This document shows positions 46,530-55,893 of a DNA stretch of 64,000 nt, piece by piece (within the stretch, counting starts at the first letter, position 1; every line of letters begins with the position of its first letter). The stretch is taken from the IMG/VR virus record IMGVR_UViG_3300014204_000123, positions 69,714 through 133,713 of that record; one strand, written 5' to 3'. Under the pieces are notes generated by a model, which was given only the letters and a program-made list of their open reading frames with translations, was not told the origin of the DNA and searched no databases. The stretch comes from a virus. Lineage: Duplodnaviria > Caudoviricetes. The position numbers and the translations under genes were made by a program.

Positions 46530-48782
46530 ATGCCGCCTATTGGACTGATGGACTTAGGTAAGACCAATATCAAGCTTAGGTTCAAGGAGCCTCACCTTAC
46601 TGAGGGGATGAACGAACGGTTGTTCGGAGTCTCGTCGCGAGGCGTTTTGCGTGGTTTTGAGATCCAGCCGGATGTTGCTGCTCGGTCGGTCAAGTTGGTG
46701 GTTGATGCGGGCAGTTCTGATAGCGTTGCGGTAATCGAGCTTTCTACCGGGTATCAGGTGAGGGCTCGGCTGAGTGCGAACACAGCTTCGATCTCGCTGG
46801 CGGCTTTCCCCGACTTCTCTACCGTCCTATTGGTGCTGGTTGTGGATTATGCGGTCGCAGGCGAGACGGCGTTTGACCTGTATGCCTACTCTCTTGCCGA
46901 CTACCTCGCTGCGGCCGACAAGGAGTACCTGTGCGTTTTGGGCGAGGTTACGCTTCCGGCTGGGGCCGTCGTTATCCCGGCGGCGAACATAACTGAGCAC
47001 TATCGCCAGTGGCACTTCCTTGGGGCTCCCAGGGGAGTGGACGACTACCAACGTATGGGGCTGGGGCGAAGCAGGCTATCATATACCGATCCTGGAGGGA
47101 CCAAGTTCTCTCCAGACAAGAAGCTGTTCAGCTTCCCGAGTGCTGCGGATACGGCGCTAGAGGTTTTCGACGACTCTGCTGCTGGCGTAGACGGGGGCTG
47201 CGTTTTCCACTTCGATATGTGGCCAGTTCCTTTCGAGGCTGCGACCTATAAGGCGTTCTACATGCCGTTGACCGGGAGGGTCCCTGTTGCCGACGGGGAC
47301 AAGGTGGTTGTTGATTTTAGCGTGAAGGTGGCGGATATAACGTTCAATCCAGCGTTTGCCGCCGGTGGTGGGGTGACTCGCCTGGGTCTGAGAGTCTTGT
47401 TCTTCGATGTAGACGCTACGGCTATTGATGCGTTCGAGGGGTCGATTGATCTGAAGGCCGAACTTGGCGTCGCCCCGTATTCTACTGGAGGCGTCTATAA
47501 TAGGTACACAAGAACCTTCAATGTGCCTTCTACCGCAAGATACGCTTTTGCTTACCTAGAGTGCTATGGCATGGCCCTTAGCATTGTCGCTCCAGCCACC
47601 AATTACATCCGAGTGGCTTATGCGGATGTTTATACGGTGAGGACGGACAAGAGCCGTGGCAGCGAGTTTGCGCTAGGTGGGAGGTCCCTTGACGGTACGT
47701 CGTTGCTCCTGCATCCGATCCATGAGCCTATTGTCATTGAGCGAGCCTTCGACGATTCCGGGGAGGCGTACCCTTACGGCGCTGGGGTTAACCCGATAAC
47801 TGGTATTTACCTATACGTAGATGTAGAGGACGACGGCACTGGGAAGCCGGTGGGAGTTCTCAAAGTCGATACGTTGAACGGGGGTGCGCCAACGGGCGCC
47901 GGGCTGTGCAAGGTCCGCTTTGCTTCCAATTATGAGACCTATCTGGGGTCGGTGATTGATGCGACGGTGATTACCGGGGCGTTTTTCAAGACGACTGGCT
48001 CTGGTTCAACTGCTACGGCATCGATCATCACTCAGAACGGCCAACTTACGATCCAGGCTTTGGGGTCTGGCAAAATCTCATTGCTGGCCAAGGCCGGTGG
48101 TTTGGAGTTCCTGACCACTCTGGCTGGGAAGCTCACATTTGGGGCATCCGGGACAGGGGAGGTGGAGATATACACGGTTTCCGGGGACATCCTTCTGGAG
48201 TCTCGTGGGGTTGGCAAGTTCGAGATTTTCTCTCAGTCGGGCGGTTTGTTCTTGGGGACGACCGGCGGTGGGGATCTGGGGATTTCTTCTGATGGAAGGC
48301 TGGACCTCACTGGCCACGTAGACGACTACGTTCCGGCGGTGTTTCACGGTGTTGTGACCAATGGAGCGAATGTTGGCAAGATCACCGTGCTTCGAGAGAC
48401 GGTTGGCGCTGCTGCCTCGGGTGTTGTCGTGAAGCTGGTCGAGGACATCAAAGCGTGCGTCCCGGCCGAAGACATCCTCTATGAAGAGGAGTTTGTCGTT
48501 CTTGCCGCTGCGGCATTTGCCGTTGTTCCATTGTATTACATGTGGGTAAAATATCCATACTGTTACGTAAAGGGCGGTTCGCCTTTATTGCCAGCAAATT
48601 GGCATGAACCTACTATAGCAGAAATAGACATATCAGGGTCCGTGCTGGGGGCTCATGTGGACTCGGCTACTGTAGTGAAGGTAAGCAAAAGCGGGTTTCT
48701 TGTAGCGTTTGTGGCCGACGGTGCCGTAGTCGCCGGAGACGATATAGAATGCAGATTGAAGTGGAAGTTTGTTCCGGCATGA
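46530..48782 (+). CDS. putative tail fibre/receptor-binding protein
   Basis: N-terminal GVLRGF fibre-attachment-like region, carbohydrate-binding-like middle, Gly-rich beta repeats. Confidence 0.55.
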   Translation: MPPIGLMDLGKTNIKLRFKEPHLTEGMNERLFGVSSRGVLRGFEIQPDVAARSVKLVVDAGSSDSVAVIELSTGYQVRARLSANTASISLAAFPDFSTVLLVLVVDYAVAGETAFDLYAYSLADYLAAADKEYLCVLGEVTLPAGAVVIPAANITEHYRQWHFLGAPRGVDDYQRMGLGRSRLSYTDPGGTKFSPDKKLFSFPSAADTALEVFDDSAAGVDGGCVFHFDMWPVPFEAATYKAFYMPLTGRVPVADGDKVVVDFSVKVADITFNPAFAAGGGVTRLGLRVLFFDVDATAIDAFEGSIDLKAELGVAPYSTGGVYNRYTRTFNVPSTARYAFAYLECYGMALSIVAPATNYIRVAYADVYTVRTDKSRGSEFALGGRSLDGTSLLLHPIHEPIVIERAFDDSGEAYPYGAGVNPITGIYLYVDVEDDGTGKPVGVLKVDTLNGGAPTGAGLCKVRFASNYETYLGSVIDATVITGAFFKTTGSGSTATASIITQNGQLTIQALGSGKISLLAKAGGLEFLTTLAGKLTFGASGTGEVEIYTVSGDILLESRGVGKFEIFSQSGGLFLGTTGGGDLGISSDGRLDLTGHVDDYVPAVFHGVVTNGANVGKITVLRETVGAAASGVVVKLVEDIKACVPAEDILYEEEFVVLAAAAFAVVPLYYMWVKYPYCYVKGGSPLLPANWHEPTIAEIDISGSVLGAHVDSATVVKVSKSGFLVAFVADGAVVAGDDIECRLKWKFVPA

Positions 48783-48786
48783 TAGG

Positions 48787-48800
48787 TGCAATCGATTGCA
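48787..48800. promoter_or_regulatory. perfect palindrome TGCAATCGATTGCA
   Basis: between stop 48782 and a GGGGG SD. Confidence 0.7.
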
Positions 48801-48810
48801 GGGGGTGAAA

Positions 48811-49320
48811 ATGGCTAAGATTTCCGAGTCAATGTGGGGCGCTCTTGAAGCCGGGTCTGCCTCGTTGGTGACCTTGTGCGAGGATGCTATCCCGGCGAGG
48901 GTTCCAGACGCTTCGATGAAGACGGCGTTGACCAAGACGACCTTGAAGCTGTCCGGGGTGCTATCGGAGTTCTTCCAGGAAGAGTTCAAGAGATTCGGTG
49001 GTGTTTTGGTCTCGCTACAGTTTAGCGGCGGGAAGGCCTTGGTGAAGGGCACCATGAGGGTCAATGAGCACAAGATTGACTTGAAGGTGGTCTTCCAGTT
49101 CGTCCCTGGTATTGTGCTTTGGAAGATGGAGAAGGTTACTGGAGTTCCGTGGTCGGCTACTGTGACCCCTCCAGAGGGCGAGCCAGAGGAGATATCCGGG
49201 GAAGTCGCATTGGTGACTGGCCGGGTGGTGACCATGGATGATATAGTCGAGGCGATGGGGATCGGCAGAATTGTCGGGAACGCTGCCAAGAGGGCGCCGA
49301 AGGCCTTGGGAGCGGCGTAG
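48811..49320 (+). CDS. hypothetical protein
   Basis: SD GGGGG before ATG 48811. Confidence 0.6.
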   Translation: MAKISESMWGALEAGSASLVTLCEDAIPARVPDASMKTALTKTTLKLSGVLSEFFQEEFKRFGGVLVSLQFSGGKALVKGTMRVNEHKIDLKVVFQFVPGIVLWKMEKVTGVPWSATVTPPEGEPEEISGEVALVTGRVVTMDDIVEAMGIGRIVGNAAKRAPKALGAA

Positions 49321-49323
49321 GCC

Positions 49324-49695
49324 ATGGGCGAGGTAAGGCTTCGCACTCTTAGGTGTTGCAACAGCCATGTAGGCGATACGGATGAGGCGGTTCTCAGGAG
49401 TTCCGTGGCAGCGATCTTGAAGCATATGGCGTTGTACGGACTGAGCCGGTGCGGTGAAGCTCTGGCCCAAGACAATCGGTTGGAATGCCATGGGGAGACT
49501 TGCGATGGACTAGTTGTGGAAGTTGTGGTCTATCCGGTTATGGGCGGCTATAATGCAGAGATGAAGTTTGACGGGCGTTGGTTCGGGGAGTGGTTGGTTG
49601 AACGTGACCGTGTTTTGAGGGTCCGTGAGCTGCCCGAAGTGATAGGTTGGGCTGTGGAGAGTTTGCTGGCTCAGCGGTTCTCGGGAGGGATTTGA
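49324..49695 (+). CDS. hypothetical protein
   Basis: fills the gap; TGATG coupling. Confidence 0.55.
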   Translation: MGEVRLRTLRCCNSHVGDTDEAVLRSSVAAILKHMALYGLSRCGEALAQDNRLECHGETCDGLVVEVVVYPVMGGYNAEMKFDGRWFGEWLVERDRVLRVRELPEVIGWAVESLLAQRFSGGI

Positions 49696-50603
49696 TGGCG
49701 ACTACAGACAAGTGCACCTGGACGTACCCGGACGAGAATGTGAGGGACTGGTTCACAACGTTTGTCTCGATGTTGACCGGGATCGACGAGTCTGTGTTCG
49801 CTGCCAGGGAAGATCGTAACTTGGTGGTGGCGACGGATGCCGAGTTCACGTTCAATGCGGGCACCAATACTGTATCGTGGGATGCGAGCATCGGGATACT
49901 TGGCCCGACCACGGGGTTCGTTCCTAGTGTAGCTGCGGGGTCTATGGTTCTTCCCGATGGCAAGATGGCCGTGATCCAGTTGGTACGGGCGCCTCAGTCG
50001 ACAGGGGTTCTGACCGTTGATATCGTGGACGTTGTGACTGATTCAATCGGTGGAGTACCAATAGACCAAGATGGAGTTTTCCTTCTCGCTGTCCGGCGGG
50101 ACCTCGGAGTGGATGAACGGGTGTTTTTCAGGAATGGAGTAGTTCTGCGGGATGGCCAGTTCAAGCAAGTATTCGGAGGCTCTTGCTCTGGGTCTTGCGC
50201 CGTTCCTACAAGGATTTTGTTGACGACCGACAAGCAGGTTGACAACGCTTCTCCAGGCCCTCTATCCAGTGGATACACGGCATTGTCGGGGAGTTCGTTT
50301 GGAAATGGAGCGATCCTCAAATTCATGGCTGTTGCTGGATTCGGGGGGCCGACTCCTGGTATCCATGCGACGGTGACCCTCTACAACCTTACCAATGGCG
50401 AGGCGGTGACGAGTGGCATGTTGGACTTCGTTGCTGCTGGTCCGGCGAAGCTGGCATCTGTTGCTCTTGTGATTGGAGCCGGTGCGGGCAACTTTAGGTT
50501 GGCAGAGTCTATTTACGAGGTACGTTTGGAGTTGGTTGGTAGTGCCGACCCGGCGGATATTGGCCTGCTGGGAAGTGCTTGGCTTGAACTCACCTATGCG
50601 TAG
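49695..50603 (+). CDS. putative tail fibre/baseplate accessory protein
   Basis: N-terminal W.YP.E...W...F..M...ID motif; beta-rich. Confidence 0.55.
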   Translation: MATTDKCTWTYPDENVRDWFTTFVSMLTGIDESVFAAREDRNLVVATDAEFTFNAGTNTVSWDASIGILGPTTGFVPSVAAGSMVLPDGKMAVIQLVRAPQSTGVLTVDIVDVVTDSIGGVPIDQDGVFLLAVRRDLGVDERVFFRNGVVLRDGQFKQVFGGSCSGSCAVPTRILLTTDKQVDNASPGPLSSGYTALSGSSFGNGAILKFMAVAGFGGPTPGIHATVTLYNLTNGEAVTSGMLDFVAAGPAKLASVALVIGAGAGNFRLAESIYEVRLELVGSADPADIGLLGSAWLELTYA

Positions 50604-50611
50604 GAGTTGAC

Positions 50612-51490
50612 ATGGCGTACAGAGTCTTCAAGGAATCTGCGGGCGTGGGGCGACTGGTTGCCCTTTGGCGTATATACAATTTTATAAATGACGTTGCCGA
50701 GACTCAGTGGTCAGTCATTTACACCAACGGGAACTTCGCCACGGCAGACGGGGCGGGTCTGGTTGACGGGGACTACTTTGTCTGTAGGTGCAGCACGGCA
50801 TCTCCAGGTGGGGTTTATGGCGAGGTATTGATTGCTGCTACGGCGGGTGCCACGACGTTTGGCGGTGCCGCCGATAATGCCTATGTGCTTCCATTGAAGA
50901 GCTTTGGGGTTATCTATTCTCCCGATGGCGGGTGGGATGCGGGTACCAAGCTATTTGCTCCGTCCGGGGGCTTGGCAGCGGTCTACAAGACGAGCCAGGA
51001 CACTCACACTACGTTCTACTTCAAGTTGTCGATGTCGACCCACATCAACCACCTCCAGGTATTTATGGGTCATGGAACGTCTGTGGTTGGCACGACTGTT
51101 GACAAGGCTCTGTATGCTGGAGTGATCACGTCCTATGATACAAGCGACACCAAGGCTTGTGCCATTATGTTCGGCAAGCCGTTGGCGACCAATGTCTCTG
51201 GGAATTGGGGCAACGCCGGTGGTGGTTATGTTGCGGTTCCCAACTCAAGTTGGACTTCCTGGGAAGGCGGTTATTTGGAGTTCGGACAGGCATTTTCGAG
51301 TGTTGGAAGGACGAAGAACGGTGACAAGTACGTGGAGTTCCCCTGCTATGTTTTCACCGATGGAGGGAAGACGGCGGGTGAGCTTGTGATGGTCAAGAAG
51401 ATCGATTCTGCGTTGGCCAACTACTCCGTCTCTGGCGATGGTACGAGGGTCGTTGCGAATGGGCTGACGTTTTCGTGGGTCTCTCCATAA
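50612..51490 (+). CDS. putative virion structural protein
   Basis: AGGAG SD; Gly/Thr/aromatic beta-rich. Confidence 0.55.
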   Translation: MAYRVFKESAGVGRLVALWRIYNFINDVAETQWSVIYTNGNFATADGAGLVDGDYFVCRCSTASPGGVYGEVLIAATAGATTFGGAADNAYVLPLKSFGVIYSPDGGWDAGTKLFAPSGGLAAVYKTSQDTHTTFYFKLSMSTHINHLQVFMGHGTSVVGTTVDKALYAGVITSYDTSDTKACAIMFGKPLATNVSGNWGNAGGGYVAVPNSSWTSWEGGYLEFGQAFSSVGRTKNGDKYVEFPCYVFTDGGKTAGELVMVKKIDSALANYSVSGDGTRVVANGLTFSWVSP

Positions 51491-51502
51491 CGGGGGATTG
51501 GG

Positions 51503-51751
51503 ATGGCTGATATGGTGGAGGCCACGGGCCATGCTGTGGCGCTAACTAACCGAGAGTGGCTGGCTGCCGGTGGTAGCACCGAGACCACCTATATCTTTGT
51601 CAACCGAGCGAAGCGCATTGCAGACGGTGTGCTTACCAACTGGAGAAGCGAGGGGACTGGGCCTGACACTACAATGGCGCAGCATCCCGACCTTCCGAAT
51701 CCGGCGCTGTATGGCGACTTTGTGGTAATCGACAGAATGGCCATGGAGTAG
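51503..51751 (+). CDS. hypothetical protein
   Basis: GGGG SD; fills the gap. Confidence 0.55.
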   Translation: MADMVEATGHAVALTNREWLAAGGSTETTYIFVNRAKRIADGVLTNWRSEGTGPDTTMAQHPDLPNPALYGDFVVIDRMAME

Positions 51752-51755
51752 AGCG

Positions 51756-53537
51756 ATGGGATGGGGATTTGGGGCAGGTCCGTTTGGTGGTGGTCCGTTT
51801 GGCCATGCGGATTGGTCCGAGCGGATGCTCGTGGACATTTGGCCGAGCAAGCTTAGGTCCCTGGTCGAGTCCAGGGGTGGGTATCTGTTGACGCTGTGTT
51901 CGGCTATAAGGCCAGTGTTTGACGCATTGATTCGGGAGCAGCGGGACGCTGAGTTCTGGTTGGACGCCTGGAAGGTTCGAGACGAACAGGTTCTTCGGTC
52001 GGGGTTTTGGTGGGATGGCAAAGAGGTGAAGGATGCTTCCACGGTTACGCTCTTCGTGGATATGGACGACCCTGCATGGTCTAGCAATTTCCGGGTGTTG
52101 AAGGGGGCCTACTACATCGATAGTGGGGTGCCTGCGAAGTTCTGGTTGATCAAGGACTTCCGCATGGGCTACCCAAAAGACTATGTGAGAAGCGATGGGA
52201 TCACCTATTCGGATCTTCTCGAAGTCGACATAGTGTGCTCGAACATCGGGGCCGTTACACTTGTGACGGCGCCCCCAGGGACCGGGCACGGGATACGCCT
52301 GAAAGACGGTCTATTGGAGCACCTTGCGACAACGGTCGGGGCGAGGCTTGTAGACGGTATGGTCCCGGCTTGGAAGCGGCTCACGGTGGCGAGGAACCAC
52401 CAATTGGTGGAGTTGAAGGGGACGGCTCAAGGGGTTTGGGCGTTCACCAATATGTACGGCTATGAGGGGACCGAGGAAGGGTTGTACTGGCTGGGGGCCG
52501 AAGACATTGGACGGATTCCGGTGCCTTCTAGGGTGACAGCGACACAGAACCACTACCGATATCCGATTTTCTGGGGTGACGGGACGACGTTGATGATCCG
52601 GTCGGACGGGAGTTGGGGGACTCAGTGCCGGTATCTGAAAGAGGACGCCGACTACCGAGGTAACCTGATTGACCCAGGGGTTGGAAACACGGGGACGATG
52701 GTTGTGGAGTTCAACGTTCCCAGTGCATTGGCCGGTGGGGCATCGCGTAGGTTCAAGCTGGTTGACGTTGGCGTAGTTGCAGGCCAGGGGCAGTTGGTCC
52801 CGGCAGAGACGTACAACAGTGATTCCACGGTCCTTGGCCTCGTCAACTACGTTACTGGAGAGATTGCGCTGGCTTCGATTGACCTTGGTTCTCCCGGCAT
52901 TGTCTCGGTTCCGTTTTCCAAATATGAGCCGGTGTTGGTCTCGTTCCAGAGGGAAGGCACCTATACAAGAATCCCGGCTCGATTCCCGTTGATGGATGAG
53001 GTTCCGGCAGACTTTAGGGATGCGGACTATACGTGTTCTGAGACCCCTCCTGGACCTATAACGTTTGCGGATATGACAATTTCCGACTTGGTAGCTCCGG
53101 CCTTGCCGTACACTTCGGCCTCGGTTTGGGAGTTCAAGTTGACGAGTGCTTCCGAGACGGTCCAATTCCCGATCATTCCAGAGCAAGGTACGGCAGTTGG
53201 CAGTTGGGGGAAGGTTTCTGGCCGGTGGAAGATCGTGGACTTCGCAGGGCAAGAGCACTATGCGGAGACGATTGTGTGGGCTCCTCTAACCCCTGATAAG
53301 GCGTGGATTCGGGTATACGGGACCCTCCCTGTGACAATGGGGTTGGCGTCCTCAGTGACCTATATCTGCCCGGAAGGCTCTACTTGCGGATTCGGTCTAT
53401 CGAACAAGGTAACCATATCGCTGGTCCAACCTCACCCGGAGGCATTTGAGGGGGCTGTTGTCGGGGCGTACACTGCGGCCTTGAAGGGACGGTATGTTGA
53501 AGTTATAGGAGCGAACGAAGAGGTCCTGGAGGTCTGA
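51756..53537 (+). CDS. baseplate wedge gpI/gp7-like protein
   Basis: LLEHLA..VG, W..L........LKGT..GV motif; N-terminal GFGAGPFG. Confidence 0.65.
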   Translation: MGWGFGAGPFGGGPFGHADWSERMLVDIWPSKLRSLVESRGGYLLTLCSAIRPVFDALIREQRDAEFWLDAWKVRDEQVLRSGFWWDGKEVKDASTVTLFVDMDDPAWSSNFRVLKGAYYIDSGVPAKFWLIKDFRMGYPKDYVRSDGITYSDLLEVDIVCSNIGAVTLVTAPPGTGHGIRLKDGLLEHLATTVGARLVDGMVPAWKRLTVARNHQLVELKGTAQGVWAFTNMYGYEGTEEGLYWLGAEDIGRIPVPSRVTATQNHYRYPIFWGDGTTLMIRSDGSWGTQCRYLKEDADYRGNLIDPGVGNTGTMVVEFNVPSALAGGASRRFKLVDVGVVAGQGQLVPAETYNSDSTVLGLVNYVTGEIALASIDLGSPGIVSVPFSKYEPVLVSFQREGTYTRIPARFPLMDEVPADFRDADYTCSETPPGPITFADMTISDLVAPALPYTSASVWEFKLTSASETVQFPIIPEQGTAVGSWGKVSGRWKIVDFAGQEHYAETIVWAPLTPDKAWIRVYGTLPVTMGLASSVTYICPEGSTCGFGLSNKVTISLVQPHPEAFEGAVVGAYTAALKGRYVEVIGANEEVLEV

Positions 53538-53538
53538 T

Positions 53539-54186
53539 ATGGCGAACTTTCTAGATCTGTTTGGGAACCTTCCTGGCAGTCTAAGGGCGCATAAGCCGGT
53601 GCCGCTGACCATTGGGGTGCTAAGGGATGCAGCGAAGCAGACGTACTGGGATCGGACTGTCCAGTGGTTTCCCGAGACGCTACAGGAGCAGGTCGGCGCA
53701 GACTGGGAAGAGAAGAAAATAGCTGGGGGGAGCCACCCTTTATACACCTATACAGGGGGCACTGGACGGCCTTTCTCTTTGTCCCTGTCTCTGTCTTCCG
53801 ACCGAGATCCGCAGTTCTCAGAAGCTGGGGCGGTCAAAGACTCTGGGGCCGCCGGGGAAAGGAATCCAGATTTGGCGGTGGAGGTTGCATGGTTTCGCAA
53901 TCTGGTTCTTCCAACCTATTCAGCGAACTCTCTACAGCGGGTTGTCCCGCCGCCGGTGATCCGACTGACCGTCCCTAACTTGGGGTGGGGTGTTGGTGGC
54001 GACGCAAGCGTGTACTGCCTGTGCCAGTCGGTTGATATCACCTATGATAAGCTCTGGCCAAGTGGAAGCCCGAGGTTGGTGACTATTGCTCTGGCGTTTG
54101 TCGAGACGGTCCAAGAGACGGGGAAAATCAGGTTCATCGGACGAGACGTTTCGAGCTGGAAAAGTGGAATGAAGCGTGGGACGTGA
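53539..54186 (+). CDS. tube initiator (CIS tube/Afp7-like) protein
   Basis: QWFPETL...W.E..I.G.SHPLY.YTGG..R..SL.L, PP...L, V.ITY...GSPR. Confidence 0.75.
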   Translation: MANFLDLFGNLPGSLRAHKPVPLTIGVLRDAAKQTYWDRTVQWFPETLQEQVGADWEEKKIAGGSHPLYTYTGGTGRPFSLSLSLSSDRDPQFSEAGAVKDSGAAGERNPDLAVEVAWFRNLVLPTYSANSLQRVVPPPVIRLTVPNLGWGVGGDASVYCLCQSVDITYDKLWPSGSPRLVTIALAFVETVQETGKIRFIGRDVSSWKSGMKRGT

Positions 54187-54193
54187 TTCTCCG

Positions 54194-54221
54194 TTGACAA
54201 TGAGCGCTGCTTTCATATGCT
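54194..54221 (+). promoter_or_regulatory. sigma70-type promoter TTGACA-N16-TATGCT
   Basis: marks the start of the accessory region. Confidence 0.7.
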
Positions 54222-54244
54222 AGGGTTGTCAGGGAGGAGACCCC

Positions 54245-54343
54245 ATGAAGCGGATGCGATATAGTCCTATCCTAGTTTTGGCTGTTCTGGCCCTCGTGGT
54301 TCGTTACGTGGTGGAGCGGACGAAGGGGGCGAACAATGTCTGA
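54245..54343 (+). CDS. 32-aa hydrophobic peptide
   Basis: GGAGGAG SD; MKRMRYSPILVLAVLALVVRYVVERTKGANNV. Confidence 0.5.
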   Translation: MKRMRYSPILVLAVLALVVRYVVERTKGANNV

Positions 54344-54605
54344 TACCGATGCGAAGGTCGTGATAACCTTGCGCAATGTTGAAGCGAGGGTGGACGACTG
54401 TGGCGGTTGCCAGTTCTGCATTTTCGATGGGGTGGGCCGGTGTAGCTGCGGGTTGGCGCGCAAGGCAGGGTGGGTCCCGAAAGACCGGAAAATCCTATCC
54501 GGTGGTAGGGTGAAGCGTCTGCCGGAATGCCTTCGATCCGAGCCAGCACCGCTTCCGATCCTGGTTTCCCCAACATCGAAAAAGTCTTTTCGCTTTCCCT
54601 CTTGA
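54336..54605 (+). CDS. small Cys-rich protein
   Basis: C..C.FC......C.C; SD GGGGG. Confidence 0.6.
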   Translation: MSDTDAKVVITLRNVEARVDDCGGCQFCIFDGVGRCSCGLARKAGWVPKDRKILSGGRVKRLPECLRSEPAPLPILVSPTSKKSFRFPS

Positions 54606-54630
54606 CAACGTTTGAGCTTCGCCATATGCT
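54602..54630 (+). promoter_or_regulatory. sigma70-type promoter TTGACA-N17-TATGCT
   Basis: shares 19 bp (TTTCCCTCTTGACAACGTT) with the promoter at 57618. Confidence 0.75.
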
Positions 54631-54680
54631 ATGTCCGTGGTTGGCGGTTGTGCCAGCCCGAACGGCCATGGAGCGACGGC

Positions 54681-54968
54681 ATGTATATCTATATCACAAG
54701 AATCAACGGGGTGGTTGAGACCGATACAAACAAGAAAGCGGCTTCGTCCCGCCGGAGTCAAGCGGTTAGGGTCGGGGCGGAAGTCGTGGACTTCGGGGCG
54801 AGGGAGTTCAAGATTGCCCCTGCGAAGGACTGCGAAGGTAATAAGGGTTTCGCAGTGGCTTATTATGATGCCGTGGCCAAGTGCTGGGTTGGCCCGTATC
54901 CGATGCTGTACGGGAGCCGCAAGATAGCAGTACAGTGCCTCAGAGATAGCCTAAGAAACGCTCTGTAA
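54681..54968 (+). CDS. hypothetical protein
   Basis: GGAG SD; downstream of a promoter. Confidence 0.55.
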   Translation: MYIYITRINGVVETDTNKKAASSRRSQAVRVGAEVVDFGAREFKIAPAKDCEGNKGFAVAYYDAVAKCWVGPYPMLYGSRKIAVQCLRDSLRNAL

Positions 54969-54986
54969 CGTCTAACTGTCAGGGGA

Positions 54987-55265
54987 ATGGCAATGAAGAC
55001 TACTCGAACTTTCAGGATTAGAGACGATCATGGCAATTACTTTGGGGGTGGTGGCCATTGGGTCCAGAAGCCCCAAGCTAAGATATACGCCAACACGGCA
55101 GATTTGCCGGAGTGGATCGATTCTGTTGACGGGACCGAGCTGGAGAAGGAAGTGTTCGAGGACGGTGGGGATCAAACTGATATCCGGTACTATGCGGAAG
55201 GTATGGAAGATTCGGAAGCTCTTGTCGATGTTTACGAAGAGCAAAGCTTCGACGAGGGGGAATAA
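54987..55265 (+). CDS. acidic hypothetical protein
   Basis: AGGGG SD. Confidence 0.6.
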   Translation: MAMKTTRTFRIRDDHGNYFGGGGHWVQKPQAKIYANTADLPEWIDSVDGTELEKEVFEDGGDQTDIRYYAEGMEDSEALVDVYEEQSFDEGE

Positions 55266-55266
55266 G

Positions 55267-55485
55267 ATGAAAGTGAAAGTGACATACACTGTTCACTTGT
55301 TCGGGTGTGTCTATAGTTCCTGCACAAGTCTAGCCGAAGCAAGGAGAGATTTGGAAATGGCAGAGAGAACGGGACCCGCCGGGATATGGGCTTCGGTGGA
55401 CGGTCCAGAGTATACAGCGTCGACTACGGTTCTTCCGGGTGACAGCGCCAAGCTGATAGCAGAAAAGCTGTCTGCGGTATTGTGA
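55267..55485 (+). CDS. hypothetical protein
   Basis: GAGGGGG SD before ATG 55267. Confidence 0.55.
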   Translation: MKVKVTYTVHLFGCVYSSCTSLAEARRDLEMAERTGPAGIWASVDGPEYTASTTVLPGDSAKLIAEKLSAVL

Positions 55486-55495
55486 TTTAGGGGGT

Positions 55496-55699
55496 GTGGT
55501 TATGGAAATCAAACAGTGTCATATTGACTTGATCACGAAGTTCGCTGCCGAGCATGGTCGGTTCTGGCGAAGAAAGTTGGCTGATATGTTCGTGAACGGG
55601 AAGGATGCTTCCATCCCCGGAATGCGGGCCTTGCGAAATACGCTGGGTCCAGACGCCATTTACAAGATCAAGCCAGGGTCCAAGGTGGGTGAGAAATGA
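55496..55699 (+). CDS. hypothetical protein
   Basis: FAAEHGRFWRRKL...LRNTLGP; ATGA overlap. Confidence 0.6.
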   Translation: MVMEIKQCHIDLITKFAAEHGRFWRRKLADMFVNGKDASIPGMRALRNTLGPDAIYKIKPGSKVGEK

Positions 55700-55893
55700 C
55701 AAAGCAAGAGTTCTTGAACCAAGAGACAAAGGCCTTGATTAGCTTCGAGACCAAGGACTACTATGAGCACAGGGACTCGCCCTCCGTGCTGTCCAGAAGC
55801 TACGCCTGCGAGTGCGGCTATACGTGTCGCACCCCGAACGAGATCTACTCCCATGCCTTGGAATGTGAAGAGGGAACAGATGAAACAAGATAG
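55696..55893 (+). CDS. small Zn-finger-like protein
   Basis: CECG...H...C. Confidence 0.55.
   Translation: MTKQEFLNQETKALISFETKDYYEHRDSPSVLSRSYACECGYTCRTPNEIYSHALECEEGTDETR

Noticed and set aside
48520-48660. DGR variable region at the fibre C-terminus
   Set aside because: No template-repeat copy or reverse transcriptase seen in the window
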